Shown here piece after piece: positions 20,210 to 29,762 of a DNA stretch of 64,000 nt; position 1 is the first letter of the stretch; each line of letters begins with the position of its first letter. The notes below the pieces were generated by a model. That model worked only from the letters and a program-made list of their open reading frames with translations. It made no database searches and was not told the DNA's origin. The stretch spans positions 32,001 to 96,000 of the forward strand of contig JBEKTQ010000010.1 in NCBI GenBank assembly GCA_049515895.1, given 5' to 3'. Both the position numbers and the translations under genes were made by a program. Source of the DNA: Candidatus Bathyarchaeia archaeon. Lineage in GTDB: Archaea; Thermoproteota; Bathyarchaeia; Bathyarchaeales; Bathycorpusculaceae.

Positions 20210-20719
20210 ATGAAAACCGAACTATGCAGTTTCTGCTTGAAAAGCGGAATGTTATGTCAGAAGTGTTCAGCTAAAGTTAAAGCTGGCGAGATCAGCGAGG
20301 TAGACTTGAAAATCGCACGTTTACTTTTGTCCCTTGAAGACAAGTATCCTAGCCTGCAAAACGTTTGCTTCTACAAGGCGGTTGACGTAGAGAAAACCTT
20401 AGCAATCATCGTTGGTCACGGGGACGTTCCTAAACTTTTAGGTTATAGTGGAAAAATCGTGAAGACAATAGGCGATGAAACAGGCAAGAACGTTAAAGTT
20501 TTAGAAAACGGGGTAGATGACCGCAAATTCCTCGAAGACCTGTTCATACCCTTTAGCATATTAACAATCAACACCATTTGGCTTCCAGACGGCACAACGG
20601 AGACAAGAGTAATTCTTAAACGCAAACGTGGCGCACAAATGCCTTATGACCTTAAGGCTTTAAAAGAAATCGCTAGTAAAGTACGTAAAATGTCCTTACG
20701 CGTTGAAGTCTCGGATTAA
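20210..20719 (+). CDS. Archaeal NusA-like KH-domain protein with an N-terminal Zn finger
   Basis: CSFCLKSGMLCQKC plus KH-like LLGYSGKIVK; INTIWLPDGT. Confidence 0.75.
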   Translation: MKTELCSFCLKSGMLCQKCSAKVKAGEISEVDLKIARLLLSLEDKYPSLQNVCFYKAVDVEKTLAIIVGHGDVPKLLGYSGKIVKTIGDETGKNVKVLENGVDDRKFLEDLFIPFSILTINTIWLPDGTTETRVILKRKRGAQMPYDLKALKEIASKVRKMSLRVEVSD

Positions 20720-20722
20720 GGA

Positions 20723-22054
20723 TTGGCGATTAGCATGAATTTGGACTCTATCGGCGACTGGAGTAGAACTCACTGTACAAGCCATGTAACCCCTGAAATG
20801 GACGGGGCTGAAGTAACACTTTTCGGTTGGGTTCAAGAAATCCGTGACCTAGGCGGAATACGTTTTATCATATTGCAGGACCGAGAAGGAACCATTCAAG
20901 TCACTATCCCGAAAAAAAGGATCCTGCCCGAAGTTCTCGCTAAATCAGACTTTTTGCAGAAAAGATTCAGCTTAGCTGTGAAAGGAACAGTTAAAAAGAC
21001 AAGCATGACACCCCGAGGCGTCGAAGTTATCCCAAACGCTATTAAAATCTTAAGCGCAGCAACAGAACAGTTGCCAATTGATATAACCGGAAAAACGCCA
21101 GCCAACATAGAAGCAAGGCTTGACGCAAGGGCGCTTGATCTTTCTTTAGAAAAAAGTTTAGCTCCCTTTAAAATTCAGCACATAGCTCTTGAAGCTATCC
21201 GAGGTTACCTGTTTGAGAAGGGATTTTTAGAAGTTCACACACCACGCATTATTGCTTCCGCGACGGAAGGCGGCGCGGAGCTCTTCAGTGTTGACTATTT
21301 TGGTCAAAAAGCCTTCCTTGCACAGAGCCCGCAACTCTATAAAGAAGAATTAACGATGAGCTTCGAGAAGGTTTTCGAAGTTGGCCCGTTTTTCAGGGCG
21401 GAAGAATCGCACACTCGCAGGCACTTGAGCGAGTTCACATCTGTAGACATAGAGGAGGCTTTTGCGAACGCCCAAGATGTCATGCATCTTCTTGAGCAAG
21501 TAATACACCACGCGTGCATTACCGTAAGGACGAATTGTAAAGCTGAACTTTCTGTCCTTAAATATAAGTTTGAAGTGCCTGAAATCCCGTTTAAACGCTT
21601 AACATACGACCAGGTTCTTGACGACCTCAAAGCTCGGGGCGTTACAATTCCATGGGGCGAAGACATCCCAACCGAAGCTTTCAGGGAACTTGGGAAACTC
21701 TACCCTTACTTTTATTTCATAACTGACTGGCCCACGCGTACAAAGGCTTTCTACATCAAACCGCGCGTTGAAAAGCCTGAAGTTTGCGAAGGCTTCGATT
21801 TGATGTGGCGTTACATTGAGCTTGTTTCGGGTGGAACAAGAATTTCCAGCAAAGAGCAGTTGATGGAAAGGATGAGTGAAAAGGGATTGAACCCTGAATC
21901 TTTCAAGCATCACCTGCAAGCGTTCGATTACGGTATGCCCCCGCACGCTGGATGGGCTATCGGGCTCGAACGGTTAACGATGATTATGACGGGCAAGAAG
22001 AACATCCGAGAAGTAACTCTTTACCCTCGTGACAGAGTCAGATTAACGCCATAA
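20723..22054 (+). CDS. aspS: Aspartyl-tRNA synthetase, archaeal type (probably non-discriminating)
   Basis: OB-fold GWVQEIRDLGG, TEGGAELF, LAQSPQLYK, FRAEESHTRRHLSEF, GMPPHAGWAIGLER. Confidence 0.95.
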   Translation: MAISMNLDSIGDWSRTHCTSHVTPEMDGAEVTLFGWVQEIRDLGGIRFIILQDREGTIQVTIPKKRILPEVLAKSDFLQKRFSLAVKGTVKKTSMTPRGVEVIPNAIKILSAATEQLPIDITGKTPANIEARLDARALDLSLEKSLAPFKIQHIALEAIRGYLFEKGFLEVHTPRIIASATEGGAELFSVDYFGQKAFLAQSPQLYKEELTMSFEKVFEVGPFFRAEESHTRRHLSEFTSVDIEEAFANAQDVMHLLEQVIHHACITVRTNCKAELSVLKYKFEVPEIPFKRLTYDQVLDDLKARGVTIPWGEDIPTEAFRELGKLYPYFYFITDWPTRTKAFYIKPRVEKPEVCEGFDLMWRYIELVSGGTRISSKEQLMERMSEKGLNPESFKHHLQAFDYGMPPHAGWAIGLERLTMIMTGKKNIREVTLYPRDRVRLTP

Positions 22055-22174
22055 ACAGTTGCGATTTGCTTGCTTTTTCTGGGTTTTCGGTCACAAATAG
22101 TGAAGTACATAGTAGAGCCGGTTGCGGCGTTTGTGGCTTGGTTTTCGGTCTTTTTCGATTTAAGTCTCGCTGGT

Positions 22175-23617
22175 TCAGCGCCTAGAGTGTTCATAGAGCT
22201 CTTTTATGTATTCGTTGACTGTTTTGCCATGTTTTTTCGCTACCCTCTTCACAGCGTCATTTATGCCTGTGGAGTACTGAACGGCTTTCTTGGGCTTATC
22301 CGCGACTGAACTGGGCATACCAACGTTTAACGCAACCCTGCGCAAGACCAGCTTTCTTAGCGTGTCTGGTCTGGGTTCAATTTTGCACTCAATCGGCAGA
22401 TTAACCGCAAACTCGGCAATGTTAAACGAAGCGAAAGGCAGACGCAATTCAATATCATGATAGCTTGTGATTTTTAGGTCACGTTCAAGGTTGCTAAGGT
22501 ATATGTTAACCACATCATGAAACATTGTTCTTAGGACTTTTTCGCTGCCTTCCTTGCAGTATTCGTTGACGTAGCGTTGATAGCCCCCGAAAAGTTCATC
22601 CGCGCCTTGCCCAGCCAAAACTACGTGGAAACCTGCTTCAGCTGCCTTCTCTGCCGTCCAGAAAAACGGCAAGCCGATGCTGGCTTTAATCGGGTCAGCT
22701 TCCTCAATCAGTTCCACGACTTCGGGTAAGGTTTTTTCCACGTCAGAATCTTTGTAAAGGTGCACCTGAAGCGGCAGATTCAACTGTTCTGAGGCCGCGA
22801 TAGCTTGTTCGGTTTCAGCCTGATTTTCCATGCTTACATACAACAGGTTTACTTTCATTTTGAGTTTGCTTGCCAAATACGCGACTAGGCTGCTGTCTAA
22901 GCCGCCTGAAAATGCCACCATTACTTCTTTTACATCGTGTATCCGGCGCCTGATCGACTCTTCAATGAGTGCTTGAAGCTTTCGGGCTGCATCATCCAAA
23001 GTAATAGGATTGGGTGCTGAGAAACTAAGGCTCTTGACTTGTTTGAATTGGAAGCCGTTGCGGTTTATGAAGGCGAGGTTTCCTGGCGGAAAAGAAGCTG
23101 GTTTTTCTATGCCCAGTTTCCAGAGTGCCTTTCGGTTTGTAGCAACCGCGGCGACGTCTTGGTTTTCGCCGTAATAGAGAGGTTGAACCCCTATAGGGTC
23201 TCTTCCAGCCGCAAACCAGTCGGTTCCGAGCATAAGAAACGAGTAGTCCCCATCAGCTTTTTCGATGAGTGTTTGTAGGATGGTTTCGCAGTGCTCAGGT
23301 TCAATGGTAAGCTGATGTAACACGTCGGCTTTGGAAAGAGGCGAGTAAACTTTTCCTTGGAAAACAAGCGCTGCGGCATCCAACTGCAAAAATTCATAGC
23401 CTTTTGCGGCTGGTTTTGAAGAAGCATATCCAACGAATGTTGAAGATTCAGAGCTTTGTTTAACAAGAAGGTCTGGTTTCTCGTCAAGAACGCGTTTTCG
23501 TGGCCCAACCAACCCGAAATAAGAAGGTTGTAGTACACCAAACTCCGTTAGCACTTCGAGAACTTTGTTAGCCACGTTATTGCCTTGTTTGTCCATTACC
23601 CCAATAGTCACTTTCAC
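22175..23617 (-). CDS. asnB: Asparagine synthetase B-like protein with a degenerate Ntn domain
   Basis: RDPIGVQPLYYG, AFSGGLDSS, GQGADELFGGY, KKAVQYSTG; no N-terminal Cys. Confidence 0.82.
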   Translation of the reverse strand: MKVTIGVMDKQGNNVANKVLEVLTEFGVLQPSYFGLVGPRKRVLDEKPDLLVKQSSESSTFVGYASSKPAAKGYEFLQLDAAALVFQGKVYSPLSKADVLHQLTIEPEHCETILQTLIEKADGDYSFLMLGTDWFAAGRDPIGVQPLYYGENQDVAAVATNRKALWKLGIEKPASFPPGNLAFINRNGFQFKQVKSLSFSAPNPITLDDAARKLQALIEESIRRRIHDVKEVMVAFSGGLDSSLVAYLASKLKMKVNLLYVSMENQAETEQAIAASEQLNLPLQVHLYKDSDVEKTLPEVVELIEEADPIKASIGLPFFWTAEKAAEAGFHVVLAGQGADELFGGYQRYVNEYCKEGSEKVLRTMFHDVVNIYLSNLERDLKITSYHDIELRLPFASFNIAEFAVNLPIECKIEPRPDTLRKLVLRRVALNVGMPSSVADKPKKAVQYSTGINDAVKRVAKKHGKTVNEYIKELYEHSRR

Positions 23618-23958
23618 GATTAATTCCTCGGTTCCAGTCACATTCTAAGTTGCCCCGCTGAGCATTAATTGCTTATGCTTTTCCAATTTTTGTGTGACTT
23701 GCCATTTAGAAAAACAAAAGCTTCTTCTACTCTGAGTGGAGCACAATTGACAATTACACTATCGGTTTAACAAACCCAAGTAAAACGGAAAATGCCCAAA
23801 GAAGATTTACCTCAGACTAATCCGTGTTTCTAAAATTTTGCTCTCCAAGAGTTCTACCAATGAGTGTAAAGACGGCGTAGGTGCTATAAGCTTTTATACG
23901 TATGTTGATGAAAGATGTTAAAATAAACTATACCGCTTGCCGTGAGGATATAGGTTAA

Positions 23959-26900
23959 ATGCCCTACATAAAAAAAATCGAGTTGAAAGGGTTCAAATCG
24001 TTTGGGCCACAGACCATCAAAATATCCTTAGACAAAGGATTCACAGCTTTAACTGGTCCGAACGGAAGCGGAAAATCCAACATCATCGACGCCGTGCTTT
24101 TCTCACTTGGCGAATTAAGTACAAGGAGGCTTCGCGCTGAAAGTGCTGCCCACTTGATTTTTCACGGTTCAGACAAAGCTGGGCAAGAAAAAGCCAAAAT
24201 GGCGAAAGTAGTCATCCAATTTGACAATTCAGACGGAACGATGCCCGTTGACACCACCACGGTGACTATTTCCCGTGAGGTTTTCAAGAACGGTCAAAGC
24301 GTTTACCGGTTAAACGGCAGAAGAATGTCAAGGGCTTATATCACCGAAACCCTGTCAATGAGCTCGATAAGCAGCATGAGCCAAAACATCATCCCCCAAG
24401 GCACGCTGACAAGGCTGACAGAAATCAACTCTCTTGAACGACGAAAAATAATCGAAGACCTCGTCGGCATAGGCCAATATGACTCCGAAAAAGTTGAAGC
24501 AGAAGAAAAACTCCGAACAGCAGACATATCAATCCGCACCGCCATGGGACGAATAGACGAAGTCCAGAAACGCCTCGACGATTTGGAACGTGAACGAAAC
24601 CAACTATTACGCTACAACTTCATTCAAGCAGAAACGAAAAAGTTTCAAGCCATCAAAATCTCAAGCGACATCACCCAAGTAAATGCTAAACTAAACGAAG
24701 GCAAAAGCCAAACCGAAAAAGTCCAGGCGAGAGTTGATAAGCTGAAAGAGCAACGTGACCTCCGCAGAGGTAAACGTCATGAGGTTGAGGGTGAATGGCG
24801 CAAGCTCAGCGGCGAAAATCTTGAAGAAGGCGGCTCGCAGGTCCTAAAGGTGCAAATAACAATCGGCGAACTAAAATCCAAATTAACTGAATTGAACACA
24901 AAAATTAATTCTGGCCAAGGCAGCTTGGAAAGCATGAAGCGCATAAGAGAAAACAACCTGGCACAACAGGAAAGTATTCGAAATGAGATACGGGAAAACC
25001 GCCTGAAAATCAGGGCTTGTCGAAGTGAACTTGGGAAAATTCAGGGTACAATGGCTCAAAGGGCGTCTGAACACGACGCGCTGGCGAAACAGACAGCTGA
25101 GCTTTGGGGTGGACTTGACGGTAACAATGAACAAATACGTGCAAAACAGATTCAAATCGATAACCACGTTAAGCGCTTAGCGTATTTGCGTTCGGAATAT
25201 ACCAAAGAAAAAGCAGCACTTCGCCTGTGCACTGGCAGAATCAAAAACTTAACCGTGCGCAAAGAAAGATTCCGTTCGAACTTGGCGGAAATTGAAAAGT
25301 CGCTCGCTGAGCTGGAACAAGTCCAAAAGGATCAGAAAACCCAGCTTAAGAACCTTGAAAATACCATCGAACGCAAAACAACGCAGAAAGAAACAGTTGA
25401 AAAAGAAATCACGGATGCCGAAAAAATAGCTAGTTCAGCTAAAGACGCCGTAGTAGAGTTTGCGACGCAAAGGGATCTTGCAGCAACTATTGCTTCTGAA
25501 GAAAAAGCCCTGAGAAGCATTGAGGAAATGGGCAACGTGGGTGCAATTAACGGAATCCACGGCAGACTGCGCAATTTAATAAAAATTGACAGGAACTATA
25601 AGAAAGCCATTGAGGCAGCGGCGATTGGTTGGCTTGACGCGTTAGTTGTAGCAAATCTCGACTCAGCTTTTACCTGCACCGAAACTCTCAGACGCATGAA
25701 ACTGGGCAGAATAAAGATTATCCCGCTGCAGGGCGCCATAAACCCCAAAAACAAGCCTGTTCCTAGCCGTGAAGGCGTAGTCGGCGCACTCTCGAGTTTC
25801 ATTAAGTACGATAGCAACTACGAGTTGGCTGTGAACTACGTTTTCGGTGATACAATGGTTGTCTCGAACGATAAAGTAGCTTTTGCACTCTCAAATCAAG
25901 GTTACCGCGCCGTCACAATCAACGGTGACTTATACGCATCTGGCGCTTTCGAAAGTGGATACTATCGTTCGCCGATAGATTTCTCAACCATTATCCCAAG
26001 TGAAAACGCCCTGAAAAGTCTGGATGAAGCCGTGAACGCTCTGCAGACGCACCTTACTCAGAGAGGAGATGACATTGCTGGTCTTGAAGAAGAGGTTGAG
26101 CGGTCAAAAATCGAGATGACCCGTCTCGCCGAAGGCATTGCGACGTTAGACCGGGAAATAGTGAGAATCAAACGTAGTGTCAAAAGAACCCAGTTCAATA
26201 TTCGGTACACAGAAAAGTACGGTGGCAAACTTGAGCGTGAAGCTGCATCATATAAGGGTCGCATGGAGGTTTACCGAAACGAGCGGAACAGCATGCGTAG
26301 AGAAGACGAGAAATTGCGTGCGGACATTGCCAATTTAAGGTTGAAAACTGATGTGAAGAATATCCAGGCCCTTGAGATGGAACGAGAAAAACTCGGGGAA
26401 GAAGTAAACAAACTGAAGCAAAACTCCGGGTCAACGCAAACGGAGATTTCAACTTACCAATCACAGTTCGACAGGGTCCTTCGCAACGGGTACAAAAACA
26501 TAAAAATTCAGATAGTTAAGGTCGAGCAGCAGCAGCGAAAACTGGAAAAAGAAGTTGCAGACGCCCTACAGGAACGCGACGCCGTTAAAAAGGAACTTGA
26601 CGAGCTAGAGAAAAGTCGTGTTGAACTGTCTAAAGCCGTGTTTTCTGCAAGGGAAGAATCCAAAAAATTCACCGCTCAAATAGACTCCATCGACGCGGAA
26701 CTACGATTGCTCGATACAGAATATGAGCAGGCAGACCGTCTGCTGAACCAACTGCAACTTACCACAGAAACAAATCAAATACGCTTACAGCAGCTTCAAG
26801 GTCAACTTCGCCAGTTCGGATATGAGCAATCGCAAGAAACTACTCAAAAGCAGGTTGAAGAGGCGGAAACCACCATACGAATGATGCAGTTTGAAATAGA

Positions 26901-27510
26901 AACGATCGGCGCCATAAACCAACTTGCCCTTTCCCATTACGCCGACCAGCTTTCTCGTTACCGAGAGCTTTCAGTGCGCTTGAACGAGTTGGAAAGGGAA
27001 AAGCAAGCCATTGTGCAGTTCATGGATGAAATTGAAGCTAAGAAACGCAAGGTTTTCATGGATGCCTTCGATAAAATCAACAGCAGCCTCAAAGTTTACT
27101 TCTCCAAGCTCACCGGCGGCGGAGAAGCTACAATCAAGCTTGAAAACACAGAAGAACCTTTCTCTGGAGGTATAGACATGATTGTACAGTTCCCGAACAA
27201 GCCATCCATCGTCGTTAGTGGAGCAAGCGGCGGTGAACGCTCAGTTGCGGCAGTTGCGTTCATTTTCTCTTTAAAGGAGTTCACGCCAGCCTCATTCTAC
27301 ATTCTTGACGAGGTCGATGCCCACTTGGATGCTTACCACACGGCGAAACTTGCAGACTTGCTCCTTGAGGAAGCCGCGAAAATGCAGTTTATAGTAATAA
27401 CTCTCAGACCTGAGATGGTCAACAAGGCGCAAAAAGTCTACGGAGTCTACGAGCGCAACGGCGTCTCCAATGTTGTGACGGCAAAGTTCCCGGTGGAGGC
27501 GGCAAGTTAG
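23959..27510 (+). CDS. smc: Chromosome segregation protein SMC
   Basis: GFKSF, GPNGSGKSNI, long coiled coils, hinge domain, SGGERS, LDEVDAHLD. Confidence 0.97.
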   Translation: MPYIKKIELKGFKSFGPQTIKISLDKGFTALTGPNGSGKSNIIDAVLFSLGELSTRRLRAESAAHLIFHGSDKAGQEKAKMAKVVIQFDNSDGTMPVDTTTVTISREVFKNGQSVYRLNGRRMSRAYITETLSMSSISSMSQNIIPQGTLTRLTEINSLERRKIIEDLVGIGQYDSEKVEAEEKLRTADISIRTAMGRIDEVQKRLDDLERERNQLLRYNFIQAETKKFQAIKISSDITQVNAKLNEGKSQTEKVQARVDKLKEQRDLRRGKRHEVEGEWRKLSGENLEEGGSQVLKVQITIGELKSKLTELNTKINSGQGSLESMKRIRENNLAQQESIRNEIRENRLKIRACRSELGKIQGTMAQRASEHDALAKQTAELWGGLDGNNEQIRAKQIQIDNHVKRLAYLRSEYTKEKAALRLCTGRIKNLTVRKERFRSNLAEIEKSLAELEQVQKDQKTQLKNLENTIERKTTQKETVEKEITDAEKIASSAKDAVVEFATQRDLAATIASEEKALRSIEEMGNVGAINGIHGRLRNLIKIDRNYKKAIEAAAIGWLDALVVANLDSAFTCTETLRRMKLGRIKIIPLQGAINPKNKPVPSREGVVGALSSFIKYDSNYELAVNYVFGDTMVVSNDKVAFALSNQGYRAVTINGDLYASGAFESGYYRSPIDFSTIIPSENALKSLDEAVNALQTHLTQRGDDIAGLEEEVERSKIEMTRLAEGIATLDREIVRIKRSVKRTQFNIRYTEKYGGKLEREAASYKGRMEVYRNERNSMRREDEKLRADIANLRLKTDVKNIQALEMEREKLGEEVNKLKQNSGSTQTEISTYQSQFDRVLRNGYKNIKIQIVKVEQQQRKLEKEVADALQERDAVKKELDELEKSRVELSKAVFSAREESKKFTAQIDSIDAELRLLDTEYEQADRLLNQLQLTTETNQIRLQQLQGQLRQFGYEQSQETTQKQVEEAETTIRMMQFEIETIGAINQLALSHYADQLSRYRELSVRLNELEREKQAIVQFMDEIEAKKRKVFMDAFDKINSSLKVYFSKLTGGGEATIKLENTEEPFSGGIDMIVQFPNKPSIVVSGASGGERSVAAVAFIFSLKEFTPASFYILDEVDAHLDAYHTAKLADLLLEEAAKMQFIVITLRPEMVNKAQKVYGVYERNGVSNVVTAKFPVEAAS

Positions 27511-28224
27511 ATGCCCTCAGAGACGACAGCCCCTGTTAGAAAACCGTTCTACCTGCGTCCACCCTGGAACATTCTGTTTGAAATCAGCAAGCTTGAGAAA
27601 CTAACGCCCTGGAACGTTAACATCGCTTATCTTCTTAGGTCATTTCTGTCCGAAATGGAGCGAACAAACAAAACGGATTTTCGAGCCTCAGGCGTCGCAT
27701 TGGACTCTTCGGCTCTGATTTATTTGATGAAGTCCAAGCTGCTGCTTACTCTGCAAGAGCCGCCTGCCCCGCCAGCGCGTCCTCAGGATTACGTTCCACC
27801 TCCCCTTTTCCTGCCGCTTAGGCACGAATTGACTTCAACGACTATTCAGCATCTGCTTGAAGTCTTAGACGACGTGTTGAAAGGCGAAAGATTGCTTAAT
27901 CTGGACCACGTAGTCGCGCAGCACCCGATTTTGCCATCGGTTACAGATTTGCTTCCGCAGTTTGACAAGTTCATGGCTGAAATCGAGCTGCAGATCAACA
28001 ATTTATATGCGATTTTATGTGAGAAAGTTGGAGGTTCAGGAATAATTGATTTTTCAACTCTCACTAAAACCATGACCAGAATTGAAGCGTTGAGAACATT
28101 TATTTACCTGTTGTTTTTAGCTCAAGATGCCGTTGTAAGTTTATGGCAGAATGAAGAAACTGAAGAATTATACATTGCCGTGGGGAAACTAAACGTTGGA
28201 AAAGCCGAAGGAACAAACCCTTGA
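27511..28224 (+). CDS. scpA: Kleisin ScpA
   Basis: TPWNVNI, FRASG..L.SSA....MKS, C-terminal wHTH FIYLLFLA; adjacent to smc. Confidence 0.9.
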   Translation: MPSETTAPVRKPFYLRPPWNILFEISKLEKLTPWNVNIAYLLRSFLSEMERTNKTDFRASGVALDSSALIYLMKSKLLLTLQEPPAPPARPQDYVPPPLFLPLRHELTSTTIQHLLEVLDDVLKGERLLNLDHVVAQHPILPSVTDLLPQFDKFMAEIELQINNLYAILCEKVGGSGIIDFSTLTKTMTRIEALRTFIYLLFLAQDAVVSLWQNEETEELYIAVGKLNVGKAEGTNP

Positions 28225-28795
28225 ATTAAACCCTGATGAGGAGCAAGCTTTGGATGCAGGGCGGCAAGCCCGCTGTATCGCGCTCTTGGAGGCTGCGCTT
28301 TACATTGCTGGTCGCCCACTAGACTTAAATGAGCTGTGCCAAGTGATAGGCAGCCGCTCCAAAAAGAAAGCGCAGAAGTATGCTGAAGTTCTCAGGCAAG
28401 AATACAGTGCACGAAACACGGCGCTTGAAATCCTCGCCCTAAAAGATGAACGCTATGTTCTACAGGTTAAGGCGGAATTCACTCCGCTGATTAAGAAACT
28501 GGTAAACAAGCCGCTGCTGTCTTCTGGACCGCTAAAAACGCTTTCATACATTGCTTATCGTCAGCCTGTCTCGCAGAAAAGGGTCATCGATGTCCGCGGG
28601 CAGCATGCGTATGGGCATGTGAAGTTGCTTAAGGATATGGGGCTGATTGTCTCAGAAAGAAGCGGGCGCTCCTTGGTTTTGAGGACAACCGACTTCTTTG
28701 CCGACTACTTCGGGTTAGCACATGATATTGCGTCGATGAAGAAAGACCTCAAACGCATATTCGGTGAAGCCTTAAAAGTAGAACAAGAAAAATAA
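28196..28795 (+). CDS. scpB: ScpB
   Basis: LEAALYIAGRPL, LKTLSYIAYRQPV, TTDFFADYFGL. Confidence 0.93.
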   Translation: MEKPKEQTLELNPDEEQALDAGRQARCIALLEAALYIAGRPLDLNELCQVIGSRSKKKAQKYAEVLRQEYSARNTALEILALKDERYVLQVKAEFTPLIKKLVNKPLLSSGPLKTLSYIAYRQPVSQKRVIDVRGQHAYGHVKLLKDMGLIVSERSGRSLVLRTTDFFADYFGLAHDIASMKKDLKRIFGEALKVEQEK

Positions 28796-29046
28796 AGAAG
28801 AAGAAATCTGCTCTCTGTCCTTCCGAGATTTTTATTGATTGCCGTTTTTAATTTGGGGCAACTGTTCTTTGCGGGTTCCCGCAGGTATATCTCTTTTTCT
28901 GAGTGACGGCTACTTAAAATCATCGAATAGTTAGTGGGCCTAAGGAGAAAAGCAATCTGTAACAAGCGGCTTGAAACGGATACGTTTATATGGAAATTTA
29001 CTGTTTTAGTGACTACGCTATTATATATTCATAGGAAATGTAGAAA

Positions 29047-29445
29047 ATGTCAGTTTGGCATGGCACCTTACGCAAAAGAAAACTTACCGGCGGCAAAAAG
29101 CGAGCCTACCGCGTGAAGAAAAAATACGAGGCAGGCGGTTTCCCGGCTGAGACAATCCTTGGCGAACCCAAGAGGAAAAGTGTCCGAGGCTTGGGCGGGA
29201 ACACGAAAGTCAAAGTCTTAAGCGACAAGTTCGTTTCAGTAACTGACCCGAAAACGGGAAAAACGCAAAAAACTGAAATTACCCGTGTCGTCCGTAACGG
29301 CGCAAACGTTGATTACAACCGCAGAGGCGTCATAACTAAAGGCGCAGAAATCGAAACTACCTTAGGGTTAGCAAAGGTTACCAGTCGCCCTGGAAACGAC
29401 GGCATAATTAATGCGGTTCTGATTCAAAGAAAAGAAAAAGCTTGA
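29047..29445 (+). CDS. rps8e: 30S ribosomal protein S8e
   Basis: RKLTGGK, RGLGGN.K, RRGVITKGA, VTSRPGNDG. Confidence 0.96.
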   Translation: MSVWHGTLRKRKLTGGKKRAYRVKKKYEAGGFPAETILGEPKRKSVRGLGGNTKVKVLSDKFVSVTDPKTGKTQKTEITRVVRNGANVDYNRRGVITKGAEIETTLGLAKVTSRPGNDGIINAVLIQRKEKA

Positions 29446-29446
29446 G

Positions 29447-29749
29447 TTACTGCGTTTTCGCAGGAATATTTTTCAGCTTTAATAGTTGTTTTGCGATTTT
29501 CAGGATTATCTTTTCTTTTGCTTCCCTCTTTTCGACAAGCAACATTCCAGTCTTAGCCCAGGGTATCCTTGGGAAGTGAGCTTCAAGCCTGACTTCGTTC
29601 TTTAAACCCAGTTTGTCAACCGCAACTTTGATTTCGTCGATTTTCGGCGATTGCACGGCTAAGTTCTTTGCGACACGGCGCCCGTTTCTTCTGGTTTTGT
29701 TGGCGTCGAAGTAGATTGGCCAAATTATGGCTTTGTCGAGTTTTTTCAT
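29447..29749 (-). CDS. srp19: Signal recognition particle protein SRP19
   Basis: IIWPIYFDANKTRRNGRRV...FPRIPW. Confidence 0.93.
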   Translation of the reverse strand: MKKLDKAIIWPIYFDANKTRRNGRRVAKNLAVQSPKIDEIKVAVDKLGLKNEVRLEAHFPRIPWAKTGMLLVEKREAKEKIILKIAKQLLKLKNIPAKTQ

Positions 29750-29762
29750 GCTGGTTCATCTC

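Noticed and set aside
28800-29040. SRP RNA or other ncRNA near rps8e/srp19
   Set aside because: Only a tiny GCGGG/CCCGC hairpin; no SRP helix 6/8 motifs; AT-rich
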